A DNA stretch of 64,000 bases, taken from assembly GCF_006345805.1 (NCBI RefSeq), contig NC_043013.1, positions 8,494,001 to 8,558,000 of the forward strand, given 5' to 3'. This document shows, piece by piece, positions 37,733-50,233 of the stretch. Position 1 is the stretch's first letter. Every line of letters starts with the position of its first letter. A program made the translations under genes and the position numbers. The stretch comes from Octopus sinensis (lineage: Eukaryota). The notes under the pieces were generated by a model, which saw only the letters and a list, made by a program, of their open reading frames with translations, ran no database searches and was not told where the DNA came from.

Positions 37733-37821
37733 TTCAGTACAATTGTTTCATACGAAGAACAGCTTTATTAAAAGCTGCAAATATTGCAGCAAATACAAGT
37801 GTCCCGTATTCATCAGCCAAA
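37733..37821 (-). ncRNA. Type I hammerhead ribozyme motif, canonical core, branched stem II
   Basis: Minus strand: TTTGG-CTGATGA-ATACG..CGTAT-GAAA-CAATTG-TA-CTGAA. Confidence 0.75.
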
Positions 37822-39023
37822 ACACATATGAGTTTTCCAAACATCCTAGGGGGTGAGGCTACACTCATGAAGCATCGAAGAGAGTTCTATGAAAAGCAAA
37901 GTTAGATTGTAAGCAGACTTCAAAAGTTCTCTAATGATGCACAGTTTTATAAAAGGTTTTTAAAATAGTTTGTTAGCTTCACAGAAAAGATAAATCCATC
38001 CATAATAATGCAGGTGTAATTTCCGGAGATATGAGGAGATATTTTATACTCAGAGACGATGAATGTATCCATAATAATGTAGATGTAATTTCCTGATATA
38101 TGAGAGAAGTGTTTGTATGTGTGTGTGTCTTTGTGTCTGTTTGTCCATACAACCACCACCACCACTTGACAACTGGTGCTGGTGTGTTTACATCCCTGAA
38201 ATTTAGCAGTTTGGCAAAAGAGACTGATAGAATAAGTACCAGACTTAAAAAACAATACAAAAAAAAACAGAAAATAAGTACTGGAGTTGATTAGTTTGAC
38301 TAAAACTCACCAAGGCAGTGCTCCAGCATGGACGCAGTCTAGTGACCGAAACAACATAAAAGATAAAAGATATGCATGACATTGTATGCATATATCATTA
38401 CTACCTGATATGTGGTGCCTCAAAGTAAAATGCACCTAGTACACTCTATAAAATGTTAGGCATTAGGCAGAGCATCCCGCTGGAAAAACTGTGCCAGCAT
38501 GGAAGGCAGATATTAAAGTAACAATAACAAGGATGATATTGATGATGGTAAAAAAGGAACAAAATACGGTTCCTGTAGAATTTGAAAACAACAATGTACG
38601 CTAATGTATCAGATAGTGCTAAGCCTCTAGTTTGATCTCTCACCATTCGTACTATATCTCTCCAATCAAATTACCTCAAAGAAAATCAATAAATGCTTTT
38701 TTAAACTGAAAGTTTACAAAAATAAAACTGATTACCTGCTGAAAGACAAACCTTCATCTTGTTTGTCTTTCAGATAGACGGCAACATAGTCTTGGAGTTA
38801 TGTTTTTGTGTCTATGTGTACGAGTGCATGTGTGTGTGTGTGTGTGCGTGTGTGTGTGTATGTACACCACAATATCAACATACATGTATGCGTGTTTACC
38901 TGTTATTATATATTTTTCTGAGTGTATGTGTGTGTACTTTTATGATTAGGTGAATCTGTGTATGTGTGTGTGTGTGTGCATTTGTTGTTCTTGTATTGGT
39001 ATATGTGTGTTTGTATTGTCTGA

Positions 39024-39055
<32 letters not shown>

Positions 39056-40124
39056 GTGTGTGTATGTACACCACAATATCAACATACATGTATGTGTGTT
39101 TGCCTGTTATTATATATTTTTCTGAGTGTATGTGTGTGTACTTTTATGATTAGGTGCATCTGTGTATGTGTGTGTGCATTTGTTGTTCTTGTATTGGTAT
39201 ATGTGTGTTTGTATTGTCTGAGTGTGTGTGTGTGTGTGTGTGTGTGCATGTGTGTGTGTGTGTCTGCTTGAATATCTATGTATATGTATGTGCATGCACT
39301 TTTATGACTCGGTGAATCTGTGTGTGTGTGTGCATTTGTTGATCTTGTATTGATGTGTGTGTGTTTGTATTTGTCTGGGTATGCGTGTGTTGCACGCATG
39401 CGAATGTGTATGTATGCATACATGTGCTTGGATGTGTACATATGTATGTATGTTTGTTTGTTTGTCTGTTATTACGTATATTTGTATGCGTATATGTGTA
39501 CACTTGCATGACTCTGCATAAATGTGCGTAAAAGTGCAATTGTTGCACTTGTATCTTTTTGTATGTGTGTGTGTGTGTATGTGTGTGTGTGTATGTGCAT
39601 GTACTTGAACATTTACATATAAATATGTGTGTTTTTTTTGCTATAGTGTATGCTTGTATGTGTGAGTGTGAGTACTTGTATGACTGCATGAATGCATGTG
39701 TGTGCGTGTGTGTGCATGCGTTTGTTGTGCTAATATATATATGTGTGTTTTTGTATTTATGTATCAATGTGTGTATGTGTGTATGTGCTTTAATGTATAC
39801 ATATAAGTATGCGTGTTTGTCTGTCATAGTATATGTTTGTATGTGTGTGCGCGTATGATCTTGTATGACTGCATGAGTGTGTGTATGTGTATGTGTGTAG
39901 TTGTCATGCTAATATTTATGTGTGTGCTTGTATTTGTTTGAGTGTGTTCAAATGTTTACGTATATGTATGCGTTTGTCTTAGTGTGTATGTTTTCACATG
40001 TGAATGTGTGAGCACTTGTGTGATTATGTGAATGTGTATGTTTATCTGTTAATGTGTAAGTGTATGTGTGCGTGTTTCTAGTTATGTATGTATGGTTTTT
40101 GTGTCTGTATTTGTATCAGAAGGT

Positions 40125-40440
40125 GCATGGTTCAGTGGTTAGAGCATCAAGCTTACGATCGTGAGGTTGTGAGTTCAAATCCTGGACTGGGTTGCTTGTT
40201 GTGTTCTTGGGCAAGACACTTTATTTCATGTTGCTCCAGTTTACTCAGCTGTAGAAATGAGTTGTGACATCACTGGTGCCAAGCTGTATCGGCCCCTTTG
40301 CCTTTCCCGTGGAGAGGGATGGCTGATATGCATGGGTGACTGCTGGTCTTCCAGAAAATAACCTTGCCCAGACTTGTGCCTCGGAGGGTAACTTTCTAGG
40401 TGCAATCCTACAGTCAGTCATGACCAAAGGGGGTCTCGGC
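40125..40440 (+). mobile_element. SINE family D
   Basis: Homologous to 24869-25200. Confidence 0.85.
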
Positions 40441-40594
40441 ATTTGTATCAGCATATGCATGTTTCTTTTATCAGTGTGTGTATATGTTTGTATGCCAGTG
40501 TGTCTATATGAATGAGTTCAAATATTTATGTGTTTCTTTGTTATTGTGTATATCTGTGTATGTACCTGTGCTTCTATTTATGTGTGTGTCTATG

Positions 40595-40901
40595 TTGTTG
40601 TTTGTTCCTTCTCGAGCCATGCCTGGCTCATAAGGGCCGGTTTCCCGGTTTCCTTGGCGTATAGGTTCCCTACCTGGATGTGATGCCGGTCCGTCGCAGG
40701 TGAGCTGCAAGATGCAGGAGGAAAGAGTGAGAGATGGTTGTGGCGAAAGAGTCAGCAGAAGTTCACTATTACCTTCTGCCGGAGTCGCGCGGAGCTTAGG
40801 TGTTTTGCTCATAAACACACACATCGTCCAGTCTGAGATTCGAACCCGCGATCCCTCGACCGTGAGTCCGCTGCTCTAACCACTAGGCCATATGCCTCCA
40901 C
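40595..40901 (-). mobile_element. SINE family C, full length
   Basis: TSD TGTGTGTCTATG at 40583-40594 and 40902-40913. Confidence 0.9.
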
Positions 40902-41294
40902 TGTGTGTCTATGAGTGAGCTTGTATGACTGCATGTATGCATGTGTGCATTTGTGCGTTATTGCATATGCATGTGGGTATGTGTGTTTGTACGTGTATTT
41001 GTATGTGCGTGTGTGTGTGAACTATGCATGTGTTTGTATTTGTTTGTTATTGCATATGCGTATGCTGTGAGCTTGTTTTTAATTGCGTGTGTACTTGTAT
41101 GGCTGCATGCATATGTATATTTGTCTGTTATTGTGTCTGTATGTCGATGTGTGTTTGTATATCTGTATGGGTGTATTTAATCTCTGATTACAAATATTCA
41201 AGTAATACTCTAATGAAGGATGCACATACACAATAATATGCAAACACACATACATATGAGTACACATTCAAGCACATACATACACACACGTGCA

Positions 41295-41326
<32 letters not shown>

Positions 41327-42509
41327 ACACACACAGACAACTGTACGCACACACACACAAACACATCTTTAGCCTATTTAAAAGGTTCTGCAATGGTTTG
41401 TGACCAAAGAATCTCCACTCTTACATTTATTGTCATCGCCATCATCATTGTCATCACTGCCATTACCACTGTCATCTTTGTCATCATCATTATTGTCAAC
41501 ATCACCTTCTTCATCTTCATCCTCATCCTCATCCTCATCATCATCCTTACCACCACCACCACCACCACCACCACCACCACCAATCACCGCCACTCCCACC
41601 ACTCCCACCACTCCCACCACCACAGTCTCTCCTGCTACCATGATCATTATTATCATTATCAATGTGGCAATCTCCATGTGGTTGCTGGGCTTGCTAGAAA
41701 TAACAGACAAATCTACTATCTTGAAAAAGAGGGTCTCCTTAGATATTGTAATACTGGATTAGTAATGCAAAAGAGAAGGACAGAGTAGTCCAGACAAGAA
41801 TATCATTGATAATAAATTTGTTCCATTACACTTGACCTATGTCTAACCACCACCACCACCACCACCACACCACCACCACCATCATTATCCTTTAAAATGT
41901 CTGTTCCTCAATGCTGTCATGTGTTGGCAATGTCTACCATATTTCATAATTCCTTGCCCACCCCTTGTTTATCTTATCTTATCTTATACTGGCACCCTGA
42001 TATTTGATTGATCCCACGATTGTCAGCAAATGACACATATTTTTTCTAACCAGCATTCTTCATCCGCACCTCATCACGACGATGCCCTTCCTACACACAT
42101 TGGCTGCTCATGCCTTCAAGTCTTTTGTGATCGTATTTCTTGTGAAACACACAAGTATGTTTTGCATTAAATTTTGAAAATAATTGAGAATTAGGAAGAA
42201 TTTAGTAAAATAATTAACTACATCATTATTAAGCTGGTGTTTTACAACATAACTTATCAAAGAGGTAGGGCTTGATGAAAGTACTGACAATTCAATTACT
42301 TGTTTGTAGCTCCTAGAAGCTATGAAGCATTATATCATACGTTTGAGTTCTGAATAAAATAAAAATAAAAAATAAAAACAGATAAAAAGACACAAAAATA
42401 ATAAATAAAAACAAAAAAAAACAACAACAAAAGCTGAACATTTTTTGAGTGGAGACAAGATTATTTTAAAATGTTGCGTAGGTGACATTAACGGATATGA
42501 TTTCTCGCT

Positions 42510-42793
42510 TGAATTAGATAGTGCAAAAGAATTATTTCCTGGAGATGTAGAGCTTCCAATAGAAAATCATTAAATTCATCAACAAGTGTTAAGTTACAGG
42601 ATGTCAAGCCAAATCTAAGGGTTGCGTTAAGAATGATGCTTGTAATATTAGAGAACTGTGGCTGTGGGAGAGAATTGCTTTAATAAATCAAAGCTTATAA
42701 AGACACATTTACTGTCATGCATGACAAAGAAGACAGATTAAATTCTTTGGTAATTTTGTCAGTAGAAAATGATATTGTGGAAAAGATAGATAC
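42510..42793 (+). mobile_element. hAT transposase C-terminal dimerisation domain remnant
   Basis: PNLRVALRMML...KLIKTHLLSCMT...RLNSLVILSVENDIVEKID with frameshifts. Confidence 0.75.
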
Positions 42794-42831
42794 ATTGGTG
42801 CAGGTATGGCTGTGTGGTAAGAAGCTTGCTT

Positions 42832-43066
42832 AAGGCGGCGAGCTGGCAGAAACGTTAGCACGCCGGGCGAGATGCTTAGCAGTATTTCGTCTGTCTGTCG
42901 CTACGTTCTGAGTTCAAGTTCCGCTGAGGTCGACTTTGCCTTTCATCCTTTTGGGTTCGATTAAATAAGTACCAGTTATGCACTGGGGTCGATATAATCG
43001 ACTTAATTCCTTTGTCTGTCCTTGTTTGTCCCCTCTGTGTTTAGCCCCTTGTGGGCAGTAAAGAAA
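42832..43066 (+). mobile_element. SINE family B inserted in the head of a family A SINE
   Basis: 14-bp TSD TAAGAAGCTTGCTT at 42818-42831 and 43067-43080. Confidence 0.92.
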
Positions 43067-43244
43067 TAAGAAGCTTGCTTCCCAACCAGATGGTTCCAGG
43101 TTCAGTCCCACTGTGTGGAACCTTGGGTAAGTGTGTTTCACTACAGCCCCAGGCTGACCAAAGCCTTGTGAGTGGATTTGATAGACATGTGTTTGTGTCA
43201 ATGTTTATCCTCCGCCACCACTTGACAACTGGTGTTGGTATACT

Positions 43245-43459
43245 TTTTTACTCTTTTACTCTTTTACATGTTTCAGTCATTTGACTGTGGCCATGCTAGA
43301 GCACCGCCTTTAATCTAGCAACTCGACCCCGGGACTTATTTTTTTGTAAGCCCAGTACTTATTCTATCGGTCTCTTTTGCCAAACCGCTAAGTAATGGGG
43401 ACATAGACACACCAGCATCGGTTGTCAAGCAATGCTAGGGGACAAACACAGACACACAA

Positions 43460-43537
<78 letters not shown>

Positions 43538-43700
43538 GATGGGCTTCTTTCAGTTTCCGTCTACCAAATCCACTCACAAGGCTTTGGTCGGCCCGAGGCT
43601 ATAGTAAAAGACTCTTGCCCAAGGTGCCACGCAGTGGGACTGCACCCAGAACCATGTGGTTGGTAGACAAGCTACTTACCACACAGCCACTCCTGCGCCT
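43245..43700 (-). mobile_element. SINE family A, full length
   Basis: Tail to head on the minus strand with long central (TA)n. Confidence 0.9.
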
Positions 43701-44742
43701 AGTATACTTTGTTTACATCCCTATAACTTAGTGGTTCAGCAAACAAGACCATTAAAATATGTACCAGGCTTTAAAAATATACTAGTACTGGGTTTGATTT
43801 GTTCCAATAAAAAAATTAAAATTCTTCAAGGCAGTATTCCAGCATGGCTGCATTCTAATGACTGAAACAAGTAAAAGATAAAAAAAAAACAAGAGATTGA
43901 AGCTATTCTTACAAATGTCTCTGTGGACTTACATTCATAAATCATTCCCCATTTTTCACTCAGAATTTTGTTTCTAACAAAAATATGTTGAGTTGTGATC
44001 ATTTTTAATAATGCATATAACAATATAGTTTCTCTCTCTCCCAACTCTCTCTCTCTCTATCTTTTCATCTGTCTATCTATTTATCTATCTATTATCTATC
44101 TATTTATCCATCCATCCATCCATCCATCCATCCATCTCTCTATCTATTTCTCACCAAGTTACCATGTTTCCCAGCGTAAAAGTCAACATAGAATATAGTG
44201 TAAACATTGTGCAAACAATCAATCATCATTGCTAACTGCTCAAATCCTGTGGCAATTCAGATGGAATTTTTCACTCTTCCAAAGTCTTCTCGTTACTAAA
44301 GCTGACCTACTTCTTTTTTTAAAAAATTTTTTGGCTGTACATTTTGGTCTGTTTCAGTCATAGCACTGTAGCCATGCTGGAGCACCGCTTTGATGGGTTT
44401 AGTCAAATGCATCAACCTCCACCCCACCCCACCCCACCATGCTTATCTTTTAGTCTGGTAGTTATCCTATCAGTCTCTTGTGCCGAACTGCTAAGTTATG
44501 AAGATATAAACAAATCAACATCATTGTCAAATGATGGGACCAGGAGACAAAGACAGACACAAAGATATACACAAAGACACACACACTGTATGTATATATA
44601 TATATATATATATGTTTATACATACACTGTATATGTATGTATATATATATATATATATATACATACAGTGTATGTATAAATATATATATGAAAAAACAAG
44701 TCAAAAATAGAAAATGCTAAGATAATTTTATAGTGAATCTTT

Positions 44743-44780
44743 CAGTACCGGTTTCAGTCATTTTGAGACCTTTTCAACTG
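44743..44780 (-). ncRNA. Type I hammerhead ribozyme motif, U3-A8 core variant
   Basis: Minus strand: CAG-TTGAAAA-GGTC-TCAAAAT-GACT-GAAA-CCG-GTA-CTG; palindromic stem III ACCGGT. Confidence 0.7.
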
Positions 44781-45377
44781 TAATGATTAAATAATTAAAT
44801 TTAGAAAAATTAGAAGAAAGGTTTTTTTAAAGGAATATTTCTATAGTAGTGTTCAGATATAAGTGGCATTCTGCCTTTCTCTGACTCCCTTGTTTGCACT
44901 TGTGTGTTCGAGGTCGTATGTATATATATATATATATATATATATACATACAGTGTGTGCGTGTGTGTGTGTCTTTGTGTATATCTTTGTGTCTGTCTTT
45001 GTCCCTGGTTGGGGTGTTGCAATCATGATCACAAGATCATGGTTTCAATTCATGGATCAGGTGGTACATTGTGTTCTTGAGCAAAACACTTCCTTTCATG
45101 TCACTCTGCATTCACTTCGACACATGACTGTGGCACACTGTGCACCTGGCCAGGTGACGTCAATTTGATGGCAGGAGTGACATAATGCACGGCACAAACA
45201 TTTGATCACTATAAGCAAATCATTTGTGCAGTTTGTTAAATAAAAAAACTTAACGCTTATACATCATCTTTGATGGGAAATTCAATCATATATTCACACA
45301 CACACACATACACACACACACGAGAGAAGGGCTGAAAAGTTCCTGGCTTTGGGTACAAGAAAGTATAGGAGGAGCAT

Positions 45378-45680
45378 TTGACTGTGGCCATGCTGGAGCA
45401 CTGCCTTTTAGTTGAGTAAATCAACCAGGGGACTTATTCTTTGTAAGCCTAGTACTTATTCTATCAATCTCTTTTGCCAAACCGTTAAGTTACGGAGATG
45501 TAAACACACCAGCATCGGTTGTCAAGCGATGTTGGGGGACAAACACAGACATACAAATGTATACACACACACACACACACATATATGTATACATATATAT
45601 GACGGGCTTCTTTCAATTTCCATCTACCAAATCCACTCTCAAGGCTTTGGTCGGCCCGAGGCTATAGTACAAGATGCTTG
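45378..45680 (-). mobile_element. SINE family A, partial
   Basis: 3' half and part of the CORE-like segment. Confidence 0.8.
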
Positions 45681-46504
45681 TATAAAATGTATAAAATTAT
45701 GATTTTATTCAGTTTCTCCTCTCAGATTTGCTCAGACTCATTGCAGTGGTCCTTCAGTTTTTCTAATCCCTGTAAAAGAACTTGGAAGGCTGGGCTTCCA
45801 AACAAGCCTATCACAATACCCTTAAAGCCAGGAAATTTCCAGCACCCCCTCAAATCATTCCCAATGCTTCAGCAGGGACTACCATTGCCATGGGTGCGAC
45901 TTCTCCTCTTTTGACATTTTAAAGAGAAATACAAAACAAACAGAAAAGCAAAGGAAAACATACTCTGTATCTATAGGTGTAGCCCACATCTCTAATTGGT
46001 GATATCAACCTCTATTCTTCCTCCCACTAATTCTAATAAAATATTTTGTTCCATAAGAATGGAAACCTAACAAGTGTGTAGAAACGAAGATAAGAACAGG
46101 TAAAGAGATCAGGCTAAATATGGAATAGTGTTGCTATTTTAGTAATGTTTACTGTCAAAGTAAGTAGTAAATAGTAAATAGCATTGACTGTAAAGGAAAT
46201 AATATTGGCTCTTCACCAGTTTGTAACCAGCTTCCTGTGAGAGATTGATATGAGAACTATGAAAATATACATCCTGCTGACATAATTGATTTCTTTTGAC
46301 TAGGCACTAGACCAATTTTTGCAGAGGTGGGAGGGGGGTGGTGAATGTAGTAAATTCAACTGACATCTTGTATTATCATTATTATTTGGCACTGCCGATT
46401 TATGGATTAGGAGAGAGCAGAAAACTAGAGGAAAAGAAAATGTTCCTTGATTTTGACGGAATTGAAAAATATGTTTGACTCGGGCACGTAGGGTTTGAAC
46501 TCAG

Positions 46505-47150
46505 GAATGTCATCATCATTATCATTATCGTCATTGTCATCATCATTGTCATTGCCATCATCATCATCATCATCATTATTGTCGTCATCACCATCCTTAT
46601 CATCATCATTGTCATCATCATAATCGTCATCATCTTCATTATCATCACCATTATCATTATCATCGTCGACATCATTGTCATTATCATCATCACCGCCATC
46701 ATCATCACGGACATCATCACGGACATCATCATCACGGACATCATCATCACGGACATCATCATCACGGACATCATCATCACGGACACCATCATCACGGACA
46801 TCATCATCACAGACATCATCATCATGGACATCATCATCATCATCATCATCATCACTACCACCACCAATGTTGTTATTGCTATCATCACCATCATCGTTGT
46901 TGTTGTTGTCATCGTTGTCATCACTGTTGTTTTTGTCCTCCTCCTCCTCCTCATCATTATCTTCATTATTATCATTGTCGTCATCATCATCATCATCAGT
47001 CATCATCATCATTATCATCCTTATATTGTCATCACAGCCATCTTCGTCATCCCCACTATCATCATCATTATCATCATCATCATCATCACAATTGTCATTG
47101 TTGTCTTCATTGTCATTATCATTGATAAAAGTCTTCATTGTCATTATCAA
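46505..47150. repeat. (CAT)n compound microsatellite with 15-bp CATCATCATCACGGA units
   Basis: Trinucleotide periodicity opens ORFs on both strands. Confidence 0.9.
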
Positions 47151-47453
47151 AGATAAATGTTGGTTATGCTTGCATATCTTTTTACTTATTTCAATTCACG
47201 ATTACATCACTGTACATAAATCCCCTCACTAAACAAGGTTTTCGAAATTGTCTTTGTACATATATATTCCCCTCCCATTACCGAAAGCTGAACAGTTATC
47301 TCCCTTACCCACAACAATAACAACAATTATGATAACCAATTACCTCCCTTTTATTTATCTACTTATGAAGTCATTCACTCGTGAATTTCATCACCCACAA
47401 CATGGACAAAATTTCTTCTTAAGAAAAAATACATATTCAAATAAGTAAAACAT

Positions 47454-47490
47454 TATATCATGAATAGCGATAGTGAAACCGGTCGATATA
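47454..47490 (+). ncRNA. Minimal type I hammerhead ribozyme motif, A3-U8 core variant
   Basis: TATATC-ATGAATA-GC-GATA-GT-GAAA-CCG-GTC-GATATA; perfect 6-bp stem I, stem III ACCGGT, GUC site. Confidence 0.75.
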
Positions 47491-47545
47491 TTAAAAATTA
47501 TATTAAAGCTATGTAAGTGTGCGTATTTTCCTTTTTCAATTTTTC

Positions 47546-47583
<38 letters not shown>

Positions 47584-47591
47584 ATTTATAT

Positions 47592-48010
47592 ATGTGCCGG
47601 TGACATGTAAAAGCACCCACTACACTCTTGGAGAGGTTGGCATTAGGAAGGGCATCCAGCTGTAGAAACTCTGCCAGATCAAGATTGGAGCCTGGTGCAG
47701 CCATCTGGTTTGCCAGCCCTCAGTCAAATCGTCCAACCCATGCTAGCATGGAAAGTGGACGTTAAACAATGATGATGATGATGATGTATGTGTGTGTGTA
47801 TATGTTTGTGTGTCTGTGTTTGTCCCCCCCAACATTGCTTGACAACCGATGCTGGTATGTTTAGGTCCCCGTAACGGCAAAAGAGACCAATAGAATAAGT
47901 ACTAGGCTTACAAAGAATAAGTACTGGGGTCGATTGCTCGACTGAAGGCGGTGCTCCAGCATGGCCACAGTCAAATGACTGAAACAAGTAAAAGAGTAAA
48001 AGAGTTAAGA
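47592..48010 (+). mobile_element. RTE-tail element fused to the 3' half of a family A SINE
   Basis: (GAT)n at ~47770 followed by the family A 3' half. Confidence 0.8.
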
Positions 48011-48504
48011 GTAACTGACTTACCCCGAAATTGCTGGCCTTGTGCCCAAATTTGAAATCAGTATTGAAGGTTAAGTTATTTTCCCTTTCATTAATTCAAA
48101 GTTGACGTTGAGAAGTACAAGTGAAGTAGTGGGGTCAGTTTAATCAAATGAAAATTGCCCAACAGTATTTGTGGCCAAGGGACAATGTATGAAATCAACA
48201 TTAAAAGAAAGGTCAAGTATTTGAAAGTAATATGAAAATTAATAATCAAACTCAAAACAATTTTGACAGAAAAATTATTTCATTGTTGTTTAATTAAAAA
48301 AAAATATTTATTGCTATTATCAAAGAAAAGTAGCAAAAGCTGAAAATATGCACATGCAACACACACACACACAACACACATACACATACACAAATGTGCA
48401 GACACACACATGCATACATATATGCACAGAGAAGCAGAAACATGCTCTATGTGTGTGTGTGTGTATGTGTGTGTGGGTATACATATATACATATAAATAT
48501 ATAT

Positions 48505-48803
48505 TGTGGCCGAAGCCAGTGCCGCCTCGACTGGCTTCCGTGCCGGTGGCACATAAAATGCACCAATCCAACCGTGGCCGATGCCAACCTCGCCTGGCAC
48601 CAGTGCAGGTGGCACGTAAAAAGCACCCACTACACTCACGGAGTGGTTGGCGTTAGGAAGGGCATCCAGCTGTAGAAACATTGCCAGATAAGACCGGAGC
48701 CTGGTGCAGCCTTCTAGCTTCCCAGATCTCTGGTCGAACCGTCCAACCCATGCTAGCATGGAAAGCGGACGTTAAGCGATGATGAAGATGATGATGATGA
48801 TGC
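48505..48803 (+). mobile_element. RTE 3'-end-derived element
   Basis: Family match and (GAT)n tail. Confidence 0.85.
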
Positions 48804-48830
48804 TTAGAGAGATAGGATAGATATATAATG

Positions 48831-48900
<70 letters not shown>

Positions 48901-48986
48901 TATTAGAGACAAAACCACTATTTTGCAAAACAAACAAGGAAAGACTTAATCAATACATAAAATTTTAATAAATAGTAAAAAAACCG

Positions 48987-49029
48987 CCACTACAATTGTT
49001 TCTTGTCTTGATCGACAATCTTCAGGTGG
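48987..49029 (-). ncRNA. Minimal type I hammerhead ribozyme motif (intact)
   Basis: Minus strand: CCAC-CTGAAGA-TTGTC-GATCAA-GACAA-GAAA-CAATTG-TA-GTGG. Confidence 0.85.
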
Positions 49030-49076
49030 ACTTCCAATAAGTCAGTTTCATAATTTGAAACTGACTTATTGGAAGT

Positions 49077-49119
49077 CCACCTGAAGATTGTCGATCAAGA
49101 CAGGAAACAATTATAGTGG
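49077..49119 (+). ncRNA. Minimal type I hammerhead ribozyme motif (stem III mismatch)
   Basis: CCAC-CTGAAGA-TTGTC-GATCAA-GACAG-GAAA-CAATTA-TA-GTGG. Confidence 0.75.
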
Positions 49120-49297
49120 CGGTTTTTTTTTTTACTATTTATTAAAATTTTATGTATTGATTAAGTCTTTCCTTGTTTGTTTTGCAAAATAGTGGTTTTG
49201 TCTCTAATAATATTTTATAATATTTTACTATAAAATTGGATTTAATCCTAAATCTGATTTTTTCCCTGTAAATTTGGATTTATTCCCTAATATTTAT

Positions 49298-49338
<41 letters not shown>

Positions 49339-49664
49339 CATATGTAACGTATATATACACAGATACATATACACATATGAACACATATCTCTACATAAAT
49401 ACATGCATAAATGCACACGCATACACACACACAAATCTTTATAATCCACATTGTAACCGTTTTTATATATTTTTTTTACTACCTCATTTAACGGACCAGC
49501 TGTCAAAATAAAAAAAACCATTCATCGTGAATATAGTTATGTAAGAAGTAAACTGTTTACAAGTATTTCACTATTACAACAATACAGTGTCCTTGAATAT
49601 AATCTTACACATACGCATCTTACAAATACACATACGCACACATACATGTATATATGTATATATA

Positions 49665-50027
49665 TCTTTATATATAAAAGTCAAGTTGTGTGTCTGTCTC
49701 CTACGATTTAGATTCCTAACTACTCCCACATTATAGTCGTGATTCATATCGAGGCCTTCTGGATATTAGTGCGCGTCTATGATGAGTCTGCGATTTAAAA
49801 AAAAATTTACCATCATTTTTTTCCATTTTAACGCATTTTTTTCGCTATTATATAAGGGAAGTAACTCTCTAAAAATGTCTACGATGAGTCGATTTTAAAA
49901 AAAATTTACCATAATTTTTTTTCCATTTTTAATGCATTTTTTTGCTATTTTTTTACTATAACTCTCTAAAAATGCTTATATAGTTATTTCCCTTACAAAC
50001 CCAAGCAACGCCGGGCGATACTGCTAG
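49665..50027 (+). mobile_element. Non-autonomous Helitron
   Basis: TC start, CCCAAGCAACGCCGGG hairpin, CTAG end; internal duplication. Confidence 0.9.
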
Positions 50028-50233
50028 TATATATATATATAAAATTTTTAAATAGGATAAAATCTTTATAAGAATTTATCAAGTAGTCAGCATCGGAAAA
50101 CCTCATAAGGGAAAAATAATAATTTTTTCCCTTTAAATATATTTATTTATATTAAGGGCATTAGAACATATGAATGCCTCACGCTATGTCTGGAATGTTA
50201 ATTTTCGTTCATTTTTATGTGTCTTGATTATAC

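Larger units (their letters stand above)
38800..41330. repeat. TG-rich low-complexity region with ~204-bp tandem units
   Basis: TACACCACAATATCAACATAC at 38863 and 39067; decaying further copies. Confidence 0.8.
48892..49302 (+). mobile_element. Near-perfect ~160-bp palindrome plus tail (Penelope pLTR-like)
   Basis: 48892-49050 is the reverse complement of 49056-49218, 5-nt loop; tail 49219-49302 homologous to 10027-10097; (TA)n flanks. Confidence 0.85.

Noticed and set aside
46425-47150. 241-aa Asp-rich ORF and overlapping Met/Ser/Ile-rich ORFs
   Set aside because: All come from a (CAT)n microsatellite; open on both strands, with no credible splice sites or domain
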